Source: Eledone cirrhosa (taxonomy: Eukaryota). Taken from it: a stretch of 64,000 nt of DNA. The position numbers were made by a program, and so were the translations under genes. Positions 1 through 14,100 of this stretch are shown one piece after another. Position 1 is the stretch's first letter; the number at the start of each line of letters is the position of its first letter. The stretch spans positions 22,196,001 to 22,260,000 of the forward strand of contig OZ024747.1 of the NCBI GenBank assembly GCA_964016885.1. Reading direction: 5' to 3'. The notes beneath the pieces were generated by a model. That model was not told where the DNA came from. It did not search any database and saw only the letters and a list, made by a program, of their open reading frames with translations.

Positions 1-1129
1 GAGGGAAGAGTAGCATTTATGGGCGACTGTTTGTCTTCCACAAAACACCTAACCCAGGCATTACATCCCGGAGAGAAACTTTTCAGGTGCAACCTTATGG
101 TTAGTCATGGCCAAGGGGGACCCTCCCCTCTTTGTTATACAATATTACTACAGTCATTGTGTTGTGACCATAATTCTTGTTTCAATTTACCTGACTGTCA
201 AAGTAGGTTTCATTTAATCTTCATGACTCAGTAATTATAATTAGTAGTAGCAGGGTCATCCAGCTGTAAAAAACATTTCTCTAACAAAAGAACATGGCTA
301 TTTTCTTGAGAGAGAAAAGGAAAAAAAACACCCCCCCCCCCCCCAAAAAAAAAATCTAACCCATTCCAAAATTACCTTCTGTTTTCCAAAATTACCTTCT
401 GCCTCATCAAAAGAAATCAATAATGAATGTGTTCATAAAAATCAGTCATCAATCACTCTTTTATGTGAATAATTTCCTTACTTCATTGCAAGTCCTAAAT
501 TTCTCTTGAAAATGGGGTGGGGGAACAAGGTCAATTGGTTTAAATTAAATATCTGAGGGAAGGAGAATCATGAAAATTCTAAAGCCTCTTGAAGCAGAGT
601 ATTATATTTGAACTAATAAAATACACATAATAACTATAATCATTATAAAAGAAGAAAAGGAAACACATTCCAGAGATTCCGGAAAAATTGAGTAAAAATA
701 TTTTAGATTTTAAATTTCCAAGAATTTCTTATTCTTTTCATGACTCAGTTTTGTTTTTTGCTGACAGTAATGAAGGACAAGGACATTTCATGACACTTCA
801 TATATTTTAGTGAATAGTCATCATCATTGTTTAATGTCCTTTCCCTGCAAGCAAGGGTTGGACGAGTTATCAACAGGCCAGACTGGTGGTACTCAAGCAG
901 AGCTGCTGACACCTGTTATTTATTTTTTTAAATTTTCATATAATTGCTTGGAAATAATGGTTCTTTGCAACTATTCAAGTTCAGCCATTGTGTCTGGCCC
1001 CTGAACAAGGTATATAAATATGTTTGCCTGACTGACTGAGAACAGCTTTCATTCCTATTTCACATTTGTATGGTCAACAGCAAGAAGGGTAGTTCACTGT
1101 AAATTGGATCTGTCTTGTAGCAGTATTTG

Positions 1130-1520
1130 GTTACTGATTAGCAATGTGCGGTTAGCAATGTGTGGTTAGCAACGTGCGGTTAGCAGTGTCTGGTTAGCAA
1201 TACGTGTTACCAGCATCTGGTTAACGATGTCTGGTTAACAATGTCTGGTTAGCAATGTGTGGTTAGCAGTGTGTAGTTGGCAGTGTCTGGTTAACAATGT
1301 CTGGTTAACAATGTCTGGTTAACAATGTCTGGTTAACAATGTCTGGTCAACAATATCTGGTCAACAATGTCTGGTTAACAATGTCTGGTTAACAATGTCT
1401 GGTTAACAATGTCTGGTTAACAATGTCTGGTCAGCAATGTGTGGTTAGCAGTATGTGGTTAGCAGTGTCTGGTTAGCAATGTGTGCTTAGCAGTGTCTAG
1501 TTAGGAATGTGTGGTCAACA
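1130..1520. repeat. 14-bp minisatellite (gtctggttaacaat)
   Basis: Direct inspection; roughly 27 units with degenerate edges. Confidence 0.9.
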
Positions 1521-1727
1521 GCAAAAAGAGGCACTTTACTGTAAATTATACTAATATGATAGCAATGTCTAAATGTAAATAACCACTCTACTGTTGTTAT
1601 CTGGAGAAAATAGACAACATATGGGTTGACTATATAGGAATTTAATGGCTATCAATGTATGATAATAAAGTCAGATTACTACCATTGTGTTCTGTCTAGT
1701 GAAATCACTGCTTACCTTACTAAATAA

Positions 1728-2300
1728 TCTTTTCTAATTTATGCATAAGGCCAGCAATTTAGGGTAAGGGATAAGTCGACCTCAGTACATAACTGGTTCT
1801 TTATTTTATTAACCCCAGAGAATGTAAAACGTCAGAAGAAATACTTCAAAGTATATCCTCTGATGCTCTAACACTTCTGCCAATCTGCCACCCTCTACCT
1901 TACTAAATAATTGTTTCTACTTTAGGTACAAGGACAGCAATTACCCAGTGCATTACTGGTACTTTATTTTATTGACCCAGTAAGGATGAAAGGCAAAGTT
2001 AACCTCGGCGGGATTTGAACTCAGACCATAAAGGACCGTAACTCTATGCTGCAAAGCATGGTGTCTGACTCTCTACCGCTTACTAAATAATGGTTTCTAA
2101 TTTAGGCACAAGGCCAATATTTGTGAAAGGTGGGAGTCAATTAAATTTACCCCAGTATTTGACTGGTATTTTATTGACCCTGGAAAGATGAAAATCGAAG
2201 TTGGCCTCAGTGTTATTTGAACTCTGAATCTAAAATGCTGGAGAAAATACCACAAAATATCTCATCCAATGCTCTAATGATTCCGATAATGCACCTCCTC
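1728..2300 (-). mobile_element. Three head-to-tail SINE family 1 copies
   Basis: Copies at about 1728-1895, 1911-2078 and 2091-2300, separated by a repeated ttactaaataat. Confidence 0.8.
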
Positions 2301-2879
2301 TACTTTACTAAATAATAAATTGACTTTCATCTCCATAGGAACAAATCATTCAGCTGAAAACTTTTATGTTCTAACATGATTCAGATATGCTTAAATTTAT
2401 AAATACTATCCCATTCATAGGAGCATGAGAAAATGGTTGTAAAACTATAGAAAAGTCTTCATTCAAGTAGAAAAAAATTACATTAAATTGAGAGTTCACA
2501 ATTGAAAAGCTAAGATCAGTCATAAAATTTCCATAATAGGTTTTAAATACGTTGTTCAAAAGCTTTATTGTGATTGACAGTGTAGTTTACAACTACAAAT
2601 GTTTGGTACAAATAAACTATAGCATTTTCAAATGTTAGTGTCTGAAATCATTTTTTTTTTTTCCTCTTCTCTCACTACTAGCTTGTTAAACTGAATCTCA
2701 AAACAATGAGGATATTTATTCTAGAATATATTCTTGAGGATAAATTCTTGAATTTATTTCTAGCCTTGTTATAAAAATAATTTTGAGGGTGAAATCTCTA
2801 AAGAAAGCATATAGGTATAACAAATGAAGGAGCACAATTTATATCTAGTTTGAGTTGATTTAATATAACCAGAATCACT

Positions 2880-3007
2880 AGGCGTCGAAACGGCTTGAGC
2901 TCAGCCGTCGGGGTCCTACTCGTTCCTATTACCCACTCTACTACCCTAAGTATTGAGTACTTTGGTGCGTTATGGTCCACCTGGTTCCTTACCACATTTC
3001 CTTCGTT
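2880..3007 (+). mobile_element. Copy of the unclassified repeat seen at 21214-21340
   Basis: gtcgaaacggc..gagctcagccgt..ttacccactctactacc..aagtattgagtac..tatggtccacc; abuts a (TA)/(CA) microsatellite. Confidence 0.65.
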
Positions 3008-3035
3008 ATATATATACATATATATACACACACAC

Positions 3036-3102
<67 letters not shown>

Positions 3103-3178
3103 TACATACACACACACACACATACACACATATATATATATACACACACATAGACATATATACATATACACACACACA
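3008..3178. repeat. (TA)n/(CA)n compound microsatellite
   Basis: Direct inspection. Similar tracts at 15332-15365, 21005-21030, 21170-21213, 40365-40730 and 51090-51120. Confidence 0.95.
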
Positions 3179-3199
3179 ATGCATAAGTAAACTAATAAT

Positions 3200-3387
3200 T
3201 GTTTCTACTTTTGGCACAAGGCCTGCAATTACCCAGTGCATTACTGGTACTTTATTTTATCAACCCCGTAAGGATGAAAGGCAAAGTTAACCTCGGCGGG
3301 ATTTGAACTCAGACCATAAAGGGCCGTAACTCTTTGCTGCAAAGCATGGCGTCCGAGCCTCTACCGATACTGCCAATCCACTGCCCG
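3200..3387 (-). mobile_element. SINE family 1 with 16-bp TSD
   Basis: TSD taagtaaactaataat at 3184-3199 and 3388-3403. Confidence 0.88.
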
Positions 3388-6300
3388 TAAGTAAACTAAT
3401 AATAAATTAGTGTAGTACAATAAAAATAACTAGCATAATATACATTAGAGCATAAAAATTATTTTATTCTCCATAAGAAGGCATTTCTAGACTTGCTCAT
3501 GCAATTTTAACTTTTAGAGAGATTATAAGGCTCACAATTTTATCCTAGATGAGCTTCTTTTATCTTTAATTGAAGAGAGAATGTCACATTTACAAGGTAA
3601 GATTACAATGAGCTTTACTGAAAATATTAGGGTAAACCAGTTCAACTACTTTACTATTCTTAATTCGTGTTGACGGATGGAGTCAGTCAGTAAATGGTAC
3701 ATTGTTTAAGCTCTAAATTACCTATGTGTTAGTGGTAATATTGGTGTTAGTACCTATAGTAACTGGAAGAAATGTATAACTTATTCTGCTAGCAAAGGAA
3801 TTCTTTTGGTGTGTCAAAATCTGAATGGTATTTTGGTGCACTGAGGCAAAATATTTTAATCTTGGGATATCTAATTGATCAGGATGGTGAAGTTCATGAA
3901 ATGAGATTAAAATGGCAATTTAGGTTTGAGAATTAGCTGGAAAGTATAAGTGTAATTGGTAAAGAAAGCTATGGAATTCTTCAAACAGAAAATGGAGTGC
4001 TACATCATAGGAAATGAAATTACTAAAATGTGTCTCCAAGATCTGAGATGATTGAAATAATTACTAAAGAGACTCATGCAATGTTAATATATATAAGACT
4101 ACTAATTAGTCTCACACTCTTCTTGGATTCACTAAATGTTTTTTTAAGAAGTTTACATAAGATTCAATTTGGAATTATGTTGTGTCAACGAAAGGGTCAA
4201 TATTTTGATGTCAATACCAGCATACTAGTGGTTTTGGTTAAAGACATTCAGCTCTTCACAGCCAGTTGTGAAATTTACACTTAGATTTAACATGTTATCA
4301 TGGGATACTACATCTCTAAGTGAGAGGCAGCATTTATAACTGATAAACATTTAACAGCTAGCAGGGCTCAGAACATGAGGGACCGTGACAAATAATGGTT
4401 TCTACTTTAGGCATAAGGCCAACATTTTTGGGGAGGGGAAAGTCGATTAAATCAACCCCCGTGTGTTACTGGTACTTTATTTTATCAACCCCGTGAGGAT
4501 GAAAGGCAAAACTAACCACCCTTAGGGACTGAGAAATAACGCCAAATATTTTGTCCAATTCTGTAATGATTCTGCCAACCTACTATTCTGATTTGAACTG
4601 ATAATGTTAGGTTGAGCAATCTATTTAACTATTAGACCTTAGTATAGTTGAATAGACGATGTATGTCTATGTTGACTTTTTTCCTCTCTCAAACATTATC
4701 TTTATTTATAACATATTACTGTTTTCTGGATGTCAGCAATCATTTGATGCGACCTTACTGTTTTGTTTCACAGTTTATTTCTTATTAATATTTATTGGGG
4801 TTTTGTTAAGAAGGCCTAATCCAAATTAAAAACCTGTTTTGTTTTCCTATTTTAAGTATAAAGTTAATCTCTGATTTCAAGTTTGTTTTCATTTTATATG
4901 TGGGTCTATGTTTATGTGGTGTAATTTGTATATGCATCTAAATGTGTGTGTGTGTATGTAGAAAGTTCATAAGCTTAATCTTCATTATTATTAGATAATC
5001 TCCTTAATAAGCCTTAGAAAAGCCAGGTGAAATATTTTATTTCACCATGAAATGATTAAACAACAAAAACTGCTTGACTATTTAGATTTACATATAATTT
5101 TCCATTTTGTAATAACATAAAAGTTTTTTGGTCTTTTATTCGGGTTGCTTGTCCCATCAAGTGTTCTTTTTTCTTTGCTCACAAATTGTTGTTGTATGTA
5201 GATTTTTCTTGTTCTTTAACTAACTAGACAAAGCTGAAAATAATATCTTTACAAATCAAAGTAGTATTTTGTATTTTTTGTGTACACTACTGTTTTGTAT
5301 GAATATCTTATTGCAGATATTTTCCACTCCCCTTTTAATATTACTTTCAAAATTGCATATGTTAAGCTATGGCAGCTATAGTTGTCATCATTATCATTGT
5401 CATAAGTTTTATGTTCAATCACCTTTGATGGGTTTGTTATAAGTACTGTCCTTTTATTGATTCTTCTATAACTTGGCTAGATTTGAACACAATTCCGTTG
5501 TACTAAACTAAATATGATAAAATATTTAGATACTGTAATATATTTGTGCCAAATTAGCCTGTTATTTGCCAAAATACATTGATATTGTCAATAATAAAAA
5601 GGTGTAGTGATATTGATCAAATGAGAGGCAACTGGCCGAGCCTATATAGTTTCTAAATACTGAGTGACCTAAAGAACAGCTGTTACTATTATATTATTGG
5701 TAGTGTGATATATTCATGACCAAAAACACTTAATCGTTGTCTGCTCAATCTACTTAGTTGTAAATAACTACTGTTAACTTCATTGACTCTTAACATCCTT
5801 TACCACATGAAACTGCATTAGCCAGACATTCTTGAAAACTACAAAATAGCACTATGACTGCATCACTTTAAACATTAAAACTTTGCTTTAATACTGCACA
5901 TTTTCATAATGATAATGTAAACATTTATAAACAAAATTACTATAAACATTTAAATTAACAAACCAGGTTTTAGACATTTTCTGGTAAATTATTACTGGAT
6001 AACCAATTTAAGCCATAGCAGGGTACATTATAAAATTCTTCTATAGTCAAAATAATATACTGGTATCCTATCAATAAGAGATGTATATATATATATTCCT
6101 TAAGCTTTTAATATTTTAACTCTTTCATTACCTTATTTGTAATGAAATACACTCTATTTCAATTAATTAATTAATGATGAACATTTAAGGATTTACTAAA
6201 ATCATTTTATTACTAAAACAGTAACTTTACATATGGTTCTTATACACAATTATATTGAAAAATTTTAATTTATATATGCACCTTTTTAAAATGGTGTGTT

Positions 6301-7529
6301 TTGTTTCAAAGAACCAAAGCTGGTTTTGGATGGGTTGGTATGAAAAAGAGTTAAATGTTAGGATGATCCACAGAATACAACATTTTCTTGCTTTTTTCTT
6401 TTGCTAGTTGGTAAAGGTTAAATTAAGAAAGATCTAGTTTCAGATTTAAAAAAAAAAAGAAAGAAAAATATCTATTATCTTAGCTGATTAAGTTCATGTA
6501 TTTATTATTTCTCATGCAAAGCTAAATCTTTACTCTCTTAACAACAACCAGGTGTGTCAAATTTAAACTAAGGTTTTGCATCTGGCTGCAAACTGCAGTT
6601 GCACTGAAGTTCTAGTTGTTGAACCTTATACCATTTTTAGAAAGTAACTCTTATACACACATATGTACATACAACACACGTGCCACCTTTATAAACTTTG
6701 GAATTTTAAGTGAAACTGTATACAACTCTGCCAGAAATAGGGGGTGGTATTTACATTTCCTGTAAATGTCTTAGACTTGTTAGTTTTTAACCTAAAATGT
6801 TATGCTTTCAGCACTTAGTCAGATGGCTACTTGAGAAAACTAAGTAGCAATAAATAGATATAAGCATCAAGATCTTTCCACTGTATGACCATCTTGTCCC
6901 TAAACCAATATTTCCTTTGTTAAAAATGTTTAAACTGATTTTGAAAAACTGTAAAGAGAATCTTTACATCATAGTAAAGTAATCTGTGAGAAGTTAGTCT
7001 TACTAACTGGAACATGCTGTCAGTTTACTAAGTTAAGGATATGACAATTTCTTTAGTGTTGATCCCATGATAAAATGCACTCAATGCACACAGTAAAGTG
7101 ACTGGCATTAGGAAGGGCAGTCAGCCATAGAACCTATGCCAAAAATGGAATATATTGAGGGAGGTGTGGACCCTGGTTCATCTATTAGAACAATAACTCC
7201 TAGATTAAATACTGACCTGGTCCATAACCAACCAATGCCAGTATGGAAAACAGATGTAAAATGATGATGATGATAAATCTCAAGAAGCTCTCCTAATAAA
7301 ATACTACTAAGCAAAAGCTGAAATAATTTGTTACTGCTTTTTTATTTTTTTAGTAATAGGAAGTCAAAATTCATATTTCAGCTAAAACTACACTCTTTGA
7401 GTCCTGGCATCTCTCTCTTACTATGACCAACTCTTTTGTGAATGTGTTCAGACAACACTACTTTTTCTCTACGGAAGTTGTTTTATATTATACAGAGGAA
7501 CATAACTATTTCCTATACTATAAACATTA

Positions 7530-7710
7530 TGGCAGTATCGGTAGAGGGTTGGACGCCATGCTTTGATGCATAGAGTTATGGTCCTTGCCATTCTGAGTTC
7601 AAATCCCGTCGAGGTTAACTTTGCCTTTCATCCTTTCGGGATCGATAAAATAAAGTACCAGTAATACACTGGGTAATTGCTGGCCTTGTGCCAAATGTAG
7701 AAACAATTAT
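7530..7710 (+). mobile_element. SINE family 1
   Basis: Near-identical to 43199-43391. Confidence 0.85.
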
Positions 7711-10700
7711 ATATAAAGATGTGTGTTATGTCATGAGAGAAATTTTGACCAACTTCAGCTGTGTCAAAGACATGATAACCTCCCTCATGCTGATGCCATG
7801 ATAATATACACTAGGTAGAGCTTGGGAATGTTTTGTAACTAAGAAGCAGGCTCCTGGTCTGCCTGAGTACGTGGTAGAATGTGGTAATATAAATGAGATG
7901 CAAGCTCCTGGACCATCTGAGTGATCAGTAGTTTGAGTACTGACTTGGTCTATGATGAACTGTCTACCCCTTACTAGCAAGGAAAACAGACATTAAATTA
8001 TGATAATTCTCTAATTCCATTTAAAAAAATCCCTCTCTGGCTTTTTTTTTATTACCTTATGTTTAAAAACAACAAAATTTCACTGGTTCTATAAGCCGAG
8101 ACTCTTCAGTACCTCATTCAATCAGGCTACCTTTCATCATCCTTTCCTGTGGTATACATTTCACAATTTTGAAACTGAACACCTGGCCTACACTTCAAGC
8201 CTGCTTTTTACACCCTGTAAATTTAACAAAAAGATCCTCCACACTTTGTGAAGCTATCTTACTTTATTTTCTAATATAACTCAAACCCAGATATTATCTT
8301 CAGTTTAGTCAAATAGTGTATGTGCATTATTAAGTTGTTAATCAAAAAATATTATATAGAAAGTGTGTTTAAAATAACAAGCAAAGATATAATTCACAAA
8401 GAATGCTTTTATTGTTAAAGAGTTGTCAGCATTTTTATTTAATTATCCCATCACAAAAGGTATTGAATGTTGAAGCAATTAACTGTATTTATCAACCTAT
8501 GATTCTATATTCATAAATCATTTCATATCTTTTTTCTGTTTAGCTTCATTGTGACATGGTTTTTGTCAAATTGAGGATTGTGGGACAGGAGTGTTTTTAC
8601 AACTGGGTGTTCTTCCTAATGCTAAAGTAGCTAATATCTTTTCATCATTGCAATGACTGTAGCTCAAATTCAACTCTTAACTCTTTCACTACCATATTTC
8701 CAATGAAAGATATTGTCTATAATTTTATAAAATAATCTAGAATTTGATGGGATTTAGTTATGCAGCTAATTTTTTCATTATTATGCTTGTGTTTGGAACA
8801 TAACCCAAGAAAGGTTCTTCTTCAAAATTATGATGGCAGGATTTCAGATAAATACAAGCAAAATAAAATAAAGTTTTGTAACATAAAACCAGGGGTAATC
8901 TCAGGCAGTTTGCTATGAAAAAAAAAAAAAAGTTAATCTTTCAACCAGCACGTACAACACAAGTCAATTTTGTTTCTAAATGTTCAGTCATAATCACTCA
9001 GATGTAGTTGTTCTCTAGATTCTGCAAAGAGCATTAGGTCCTCTATACTCAGTAAATCTAATACAATACTTCGAAAAATCCACTGAGAGATTAGTAAATG
9101 TTTCCCTAAAGACCAACAGGTATCAGTTATGAAGTGTAGATAAACATTTATTTTCTGCTATTTAGTGGGATGGTTTTATTCTAAATTGACTTCATGCATT
9201 TTTCAAAGACACACTCACTCATTTACTTTTGTATATTTTAAATTCATGTGACTGAAATTGGTCCTGTCTTACACAATATCAGTTATTGTTGAATATCTCA
9301 TTGTAGATTATGTTCTCATATACATCACATCACAATCAAATATGAACAATAACATGTAGAAGTTCTAACCTTGCTAGTAGGTTAAATTAGTGAATAAACC
9401 ATCTCTTATCAGATATAGTTCATATTTCTGGTCATACATTTGATTAGCAGATTTTTTTTGTTGGAAATAATTGCTTCTTATCTTTTCAGAATATTAATCT
9501 GTTTCATCGTAGACTTAACAACCTATAACTGGTTCAGTTTATATTTCTCAGCAAATGCACACTACATATTTTCACTTCCCTTCTTTTTTATTGTTATTGA
9601 ATGGTTGTGTACTTGTGTTCCTATTGTCGCATCTTGAATCAATTTTACCATCTGTCTGCCAACTCTTAAACAAGATCTTACTATTTCTTATTTTTTTTTA
9701 CACTTGCCTTGAAACATTTCCTGTTAACTAGTCTCTCTTTGACTCCTATCTCTCCTATCTGCAGCTCTTTTAATATTCTCTTAGCTTACTTAACATCTAT
9801 GTTACTCTTAGTTTTCCTCACTCAATATAAAAAAATATATACACACTCATGAAGTTGTTATCGTGGAGAATAACTACCAAGTATATATGAAATAGATCTT
9901 TTGTTCTTATTTATGAGAGTTCTTAAACCTTATTTCCTTGTTCTATGCTGAGACAAGATTTCTGTTTGTGAAGTTTGTCTTTTAATTTAGGTTGTGACCA
10001 TTTTTCTGAAACAAAAAGCTTGCTTATTAATTAATACAAATTGCTTCTGTAGACCACTCATGCACTTTTCCCTCTAATCTGAGAACAAAGAGCTCATTTA
10101 TAGTATCATTTCCTTCATGAAAGTAATATCTAACAGTCACGCCAGTCAGATAATCTAAGATTTGTACTAATGAATAGAAAACATATGGGATGTGGGAGAG
10201 GCAAAAGAAACCCATCAAATTATTCTTCATAAGTTACAAATCTGTTCATATTTTCATAAAGTCCTCTGGGAAATGAACCTTAATGTGAAAAGAGCTTGCA
10301 ATAATATTGTGTTAGGAGGTTATTAAATCAACATAGATGACATCAGCTGTAAAATAAATAATAACTAAATAAATTTGGTTATATTAATACATCTAAAATT
10401 TTAAGCATCTTTTACTTAAACATAATATATTATAAATATCCCTCATTACATATACATTAGAAAATATAACTGCAAACCTCCCAGACAGATATCAGTGTAA
10501 TTAACTAATGTATTTAATTTCTTCCCTCACTTAAATTGTATTGAGAAAAAAAATCAATGTCTTCTTTTATACTACATAGAAATAAACTAATCAATAGTTT
10601 GAATTCAATTGAGGTTGAAGTAACTTGTCAAAGATTCTCTTTGTCAGTAGATAGTAGATCAATGATATGTTGACTTGCAAGTATGCTGCTTCTTCATTAT

Positions 10701-11182
10701 TAGTCAATATCTTATCACATTGCCAATTGAAAAAAATATTTCCCTAATAATTACAAATTGACTCTGCAATTAATTCAACTGATATTGACTCATCTTTTGA
10801 ACAATCTTTTTAGATGATTTTTCAGACATAATTAAAACAAATATTTTACAATATTTGCAGCTGTTAATATCTCATTCTCTATAGAAAATGTATTTTTTCC
10901 AAAAGATGAAATGAAATCATAATTAAATTTTTTTTTATATTTCTATATATATTTTTGTTTTAGATTTATTTCATTTTTTTTTTTTTACTTTTCTAAAAGA
11001 AAAAAAAAACCAAATCAGTTTATTAATAGTAACTATTTATTTGAAATGTTACATGGTTCCACAAAGAAACGTTACATAGTTCAAGGAGTAAATGCTTAAT
11101 AGCAAAAATATCTTCTAGGTTAGCCTTATACATGCTGTTTTTATCACAGCCCCAGATGTGATGCCTTCACACACACACATAT

Positions 11183-14100
11183 ATCATCATCATCATCGTT
11201 TAACGTCCGTGTTCCACGCTTGCATGGGTTTGGACGGGGGTTTTCCCACTTGAGGCAAGAGTGATTGTCTTGCTTGCATAGGACTGTCTGGCGGGTTTTC
11301 TACAGCCCTTCCTAACACCAACCACATTTACAGTGTGGGGCTGGGAGGTTTTTACCGTGTTGCCTACACGGCCACATTACAGCGTGGACTGTCTGACGGG
11401 TTTTCTACAGCTGGATGCCCTTCCTAACACCAACCACATTTACAGTGTGGGGCTGGGAGGTTTTTACCGTGTTGCCTACACGGCCACATTACAGCGTGGA
11501 CTGTGTTTTTTGTCGTGACACCTACACTATCTCACTTGTTTCGGCCTGGATGTTGTGGCACCAACATAACTTTACATTGAAAGGGGTGGTGTGGATGGGG
11601 TGGGGGTGGTGGGACAGGGGTGTATTTTGTTAGAGATGCCTACTGACTGTAGTAGGTTTTACTTTGTATTTAGGTAAGGCGGGTCTTCTCTATTACTGAG
11701 TACCACCAAAGGTCTCGGTCCAGTGACATTGTCTTGGAGAGGTGTAAGTGTGTGAGGTCGGAATTTATCAGCTCGTCCCAGGTTTTTCTGGGTCTGCCTA
11801 CTCCGTAGCTACTGTCTATCTTTATTGCCCTGCACTTTGTTATACAGCTGTCGTTTTTCATGCGCATCACGTGACCATACCAACGTAACCTTCTCTCGAG
11901 TAAACAACATCTGATCCCTCTTATTTCTAATTTTTTCCTTAGTTCGCTTATGCTTTGCCGTTCACGTATGTTACTATTACACATCCAGCGGAGCATGCAA
12001 GCTTCGTTCCTCTCTAGTCTGTGCATATCCTCTGCACACAATGCCCAGGTCTCACTGCCTATGATGCCTTTCATTTTTAGGGAGAACCCTTTAGTGGCTA
12101 ATAGTGGTATAAGCTCTCTGAACTTTTTCCATCCAGTTCTGACTCTAGCTACTGTACCTTCAGAGCACCCTCCCCCACTGCTGATTTTGTCACCCAGGTA
12201 ACGGAAGCTGTCCACTATTTCTATAGAACCCTCTGCGCAATTGAAAGAGCTAGTATTTTGTGGGCACTTGCTGCTACTTATTGCACCAGAGCACCGGCCA
12301 CATGTAAAATCTATGTTCTTAGTTAGCTTACCTGTGATCCCACTACATCTTTTATGTACCCATACTTTGCATTTGGGACATAAAATGGAGTTTCTACCTA
12401 CGCCTTTCCTACACACTGAGCATGGCCATTTCCCGGAAGGGACCGTCACCTTATTTTCTTTCCTACAAACTAGAACTTTAGTCTTAGCCAGGTTAATTTT
12501 CGGCCCTTTTGATTCTAGGCCATGCTTCCATGTTTGGAATTTCTTCTCTAGCTCGGCCATTGATTCAGCTATGAGCGTTAGATCATCTGCGTATAGGAGT
12601 TCCCATGGGCAGCCGGTCTTGAACTCCACAGTTATAGCCTGAAGGGCAATAATAAATAGTAGGGGGCTAAGAACAGAGCCCTGATGTACACCAACTTTTA
12701 CACTAAACTCTTCACTATATTCGTTGTTAATTCATCCTTGCTGACTGTTTCTTTATACATGGCTTGTATAGCTCTCACAAGCCATTCGTCAACACCTAGT
12801 TTTCTAAGAGCCCACCAGATAATGGAACGGGGGACTCTGTCGAAGGCTTTCTCCAAGTCAACAAAAGCTACGTATAGGGGTTTACTTTTAGCTAGGTACT
12901 TCTCCTGTAGTTGTCGTACAATGAAAAGAGCGTCTGTGGTACTTTTGCCTGACACAAAACCGAACTGCATTTCATCTAGATTAATTCTCTCTCTGATTAG
13001 TTGCGCTATAACTTTTTCCGTGACCTTCATGACTTGGTCGATTAATTTAATGCCTCTATAGTTACTCCTATCTAGGGCATCTCCTTTACCCTTGTAACAG
13101 TTAATGACGATGCTGCTACGCCAGTCCTTCAGAACAACCCCATTCTGTATGACTTGGTTTACTATCCGGGTGACCATGGTGTGTCCTACTGTTCCAGTGG
13201 CTTTCAGCATCTCAGCAACTATTTCCGAAGGCCCAGCCGCCTTACCCATCTTCATATCTTTGATTGCCTTCCTTATTATACTACCTTCGACTAACACTGC
13301 CGGTCCCTCTATTGGGTCGATGTGGGGGAGACTGTCTTTCTCCCATTTATTCTCCTCATTTAGAAGCCTTTCGTAGTGACACTTCCAAGCTACCTTCTTA
13401 TCAGCGTCAGTGATGGCAAGTACACCATCATCATTAAGTACACACTTCTCCCCGACAATATCACGGTTTTCCTTGACACATTGCCTAGCAATCCTGAACA
13501 CCTCACGTTTTTGGTCCTCACGTTGTAGAACATGCTTGAACTTTCTTTCCTCTGCTTCTCTTCTTGCGAAGTACACTTGTCTCCTAGCTTCCCTCCTGGC
13601 CACTTGATAGTCTTCTCTACTTCCCCCATCCCGCCATACTTTCCAAGCCTGCTTTTTGGCCTTAATTGACTCCACCACCTTACTGTTCCACCACCATGTT
13701 ACTCTCCTCCTACCTACAGGCCTGCTCCAGCCACAGACTTCGTCTGCCGCCGTCAGTAGGTTTGCTTTCAGGAATTCCCACTGTTCCTCTATATTATCTG
13801 ACTCTAATTGCTCTTCCTTACTGTTGAAAGCATCAAGTAACATGCTTTGAAATTTATTTCTGGCTGTGGGGTCCTTTAACTTCCATATTTTTCTCCTGAG
13901 GATAGTCCTCTTCTGTTGTCTAGTACGTCTCGTCCTGACTATGAGGTCGCTAATTAGCAGTCTATGTTGGGAGGTGCATTCTTCATGGGGGAGGGATTTT
14001 GTGTTTACAACAGACACTCTGTCACGTCCTCTGGTAAGGATATAATCTACCTGGCTGGTATGTTCCCCCGATCTGTAGGTGATCAAGTGATTGTCTCGTT

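Noticed and set aside
2798-3290. Several ORFs with HT/YI/CV runs (also 40193-41270)
   Set aside because: Dinucleotide microsatellite artefacts.
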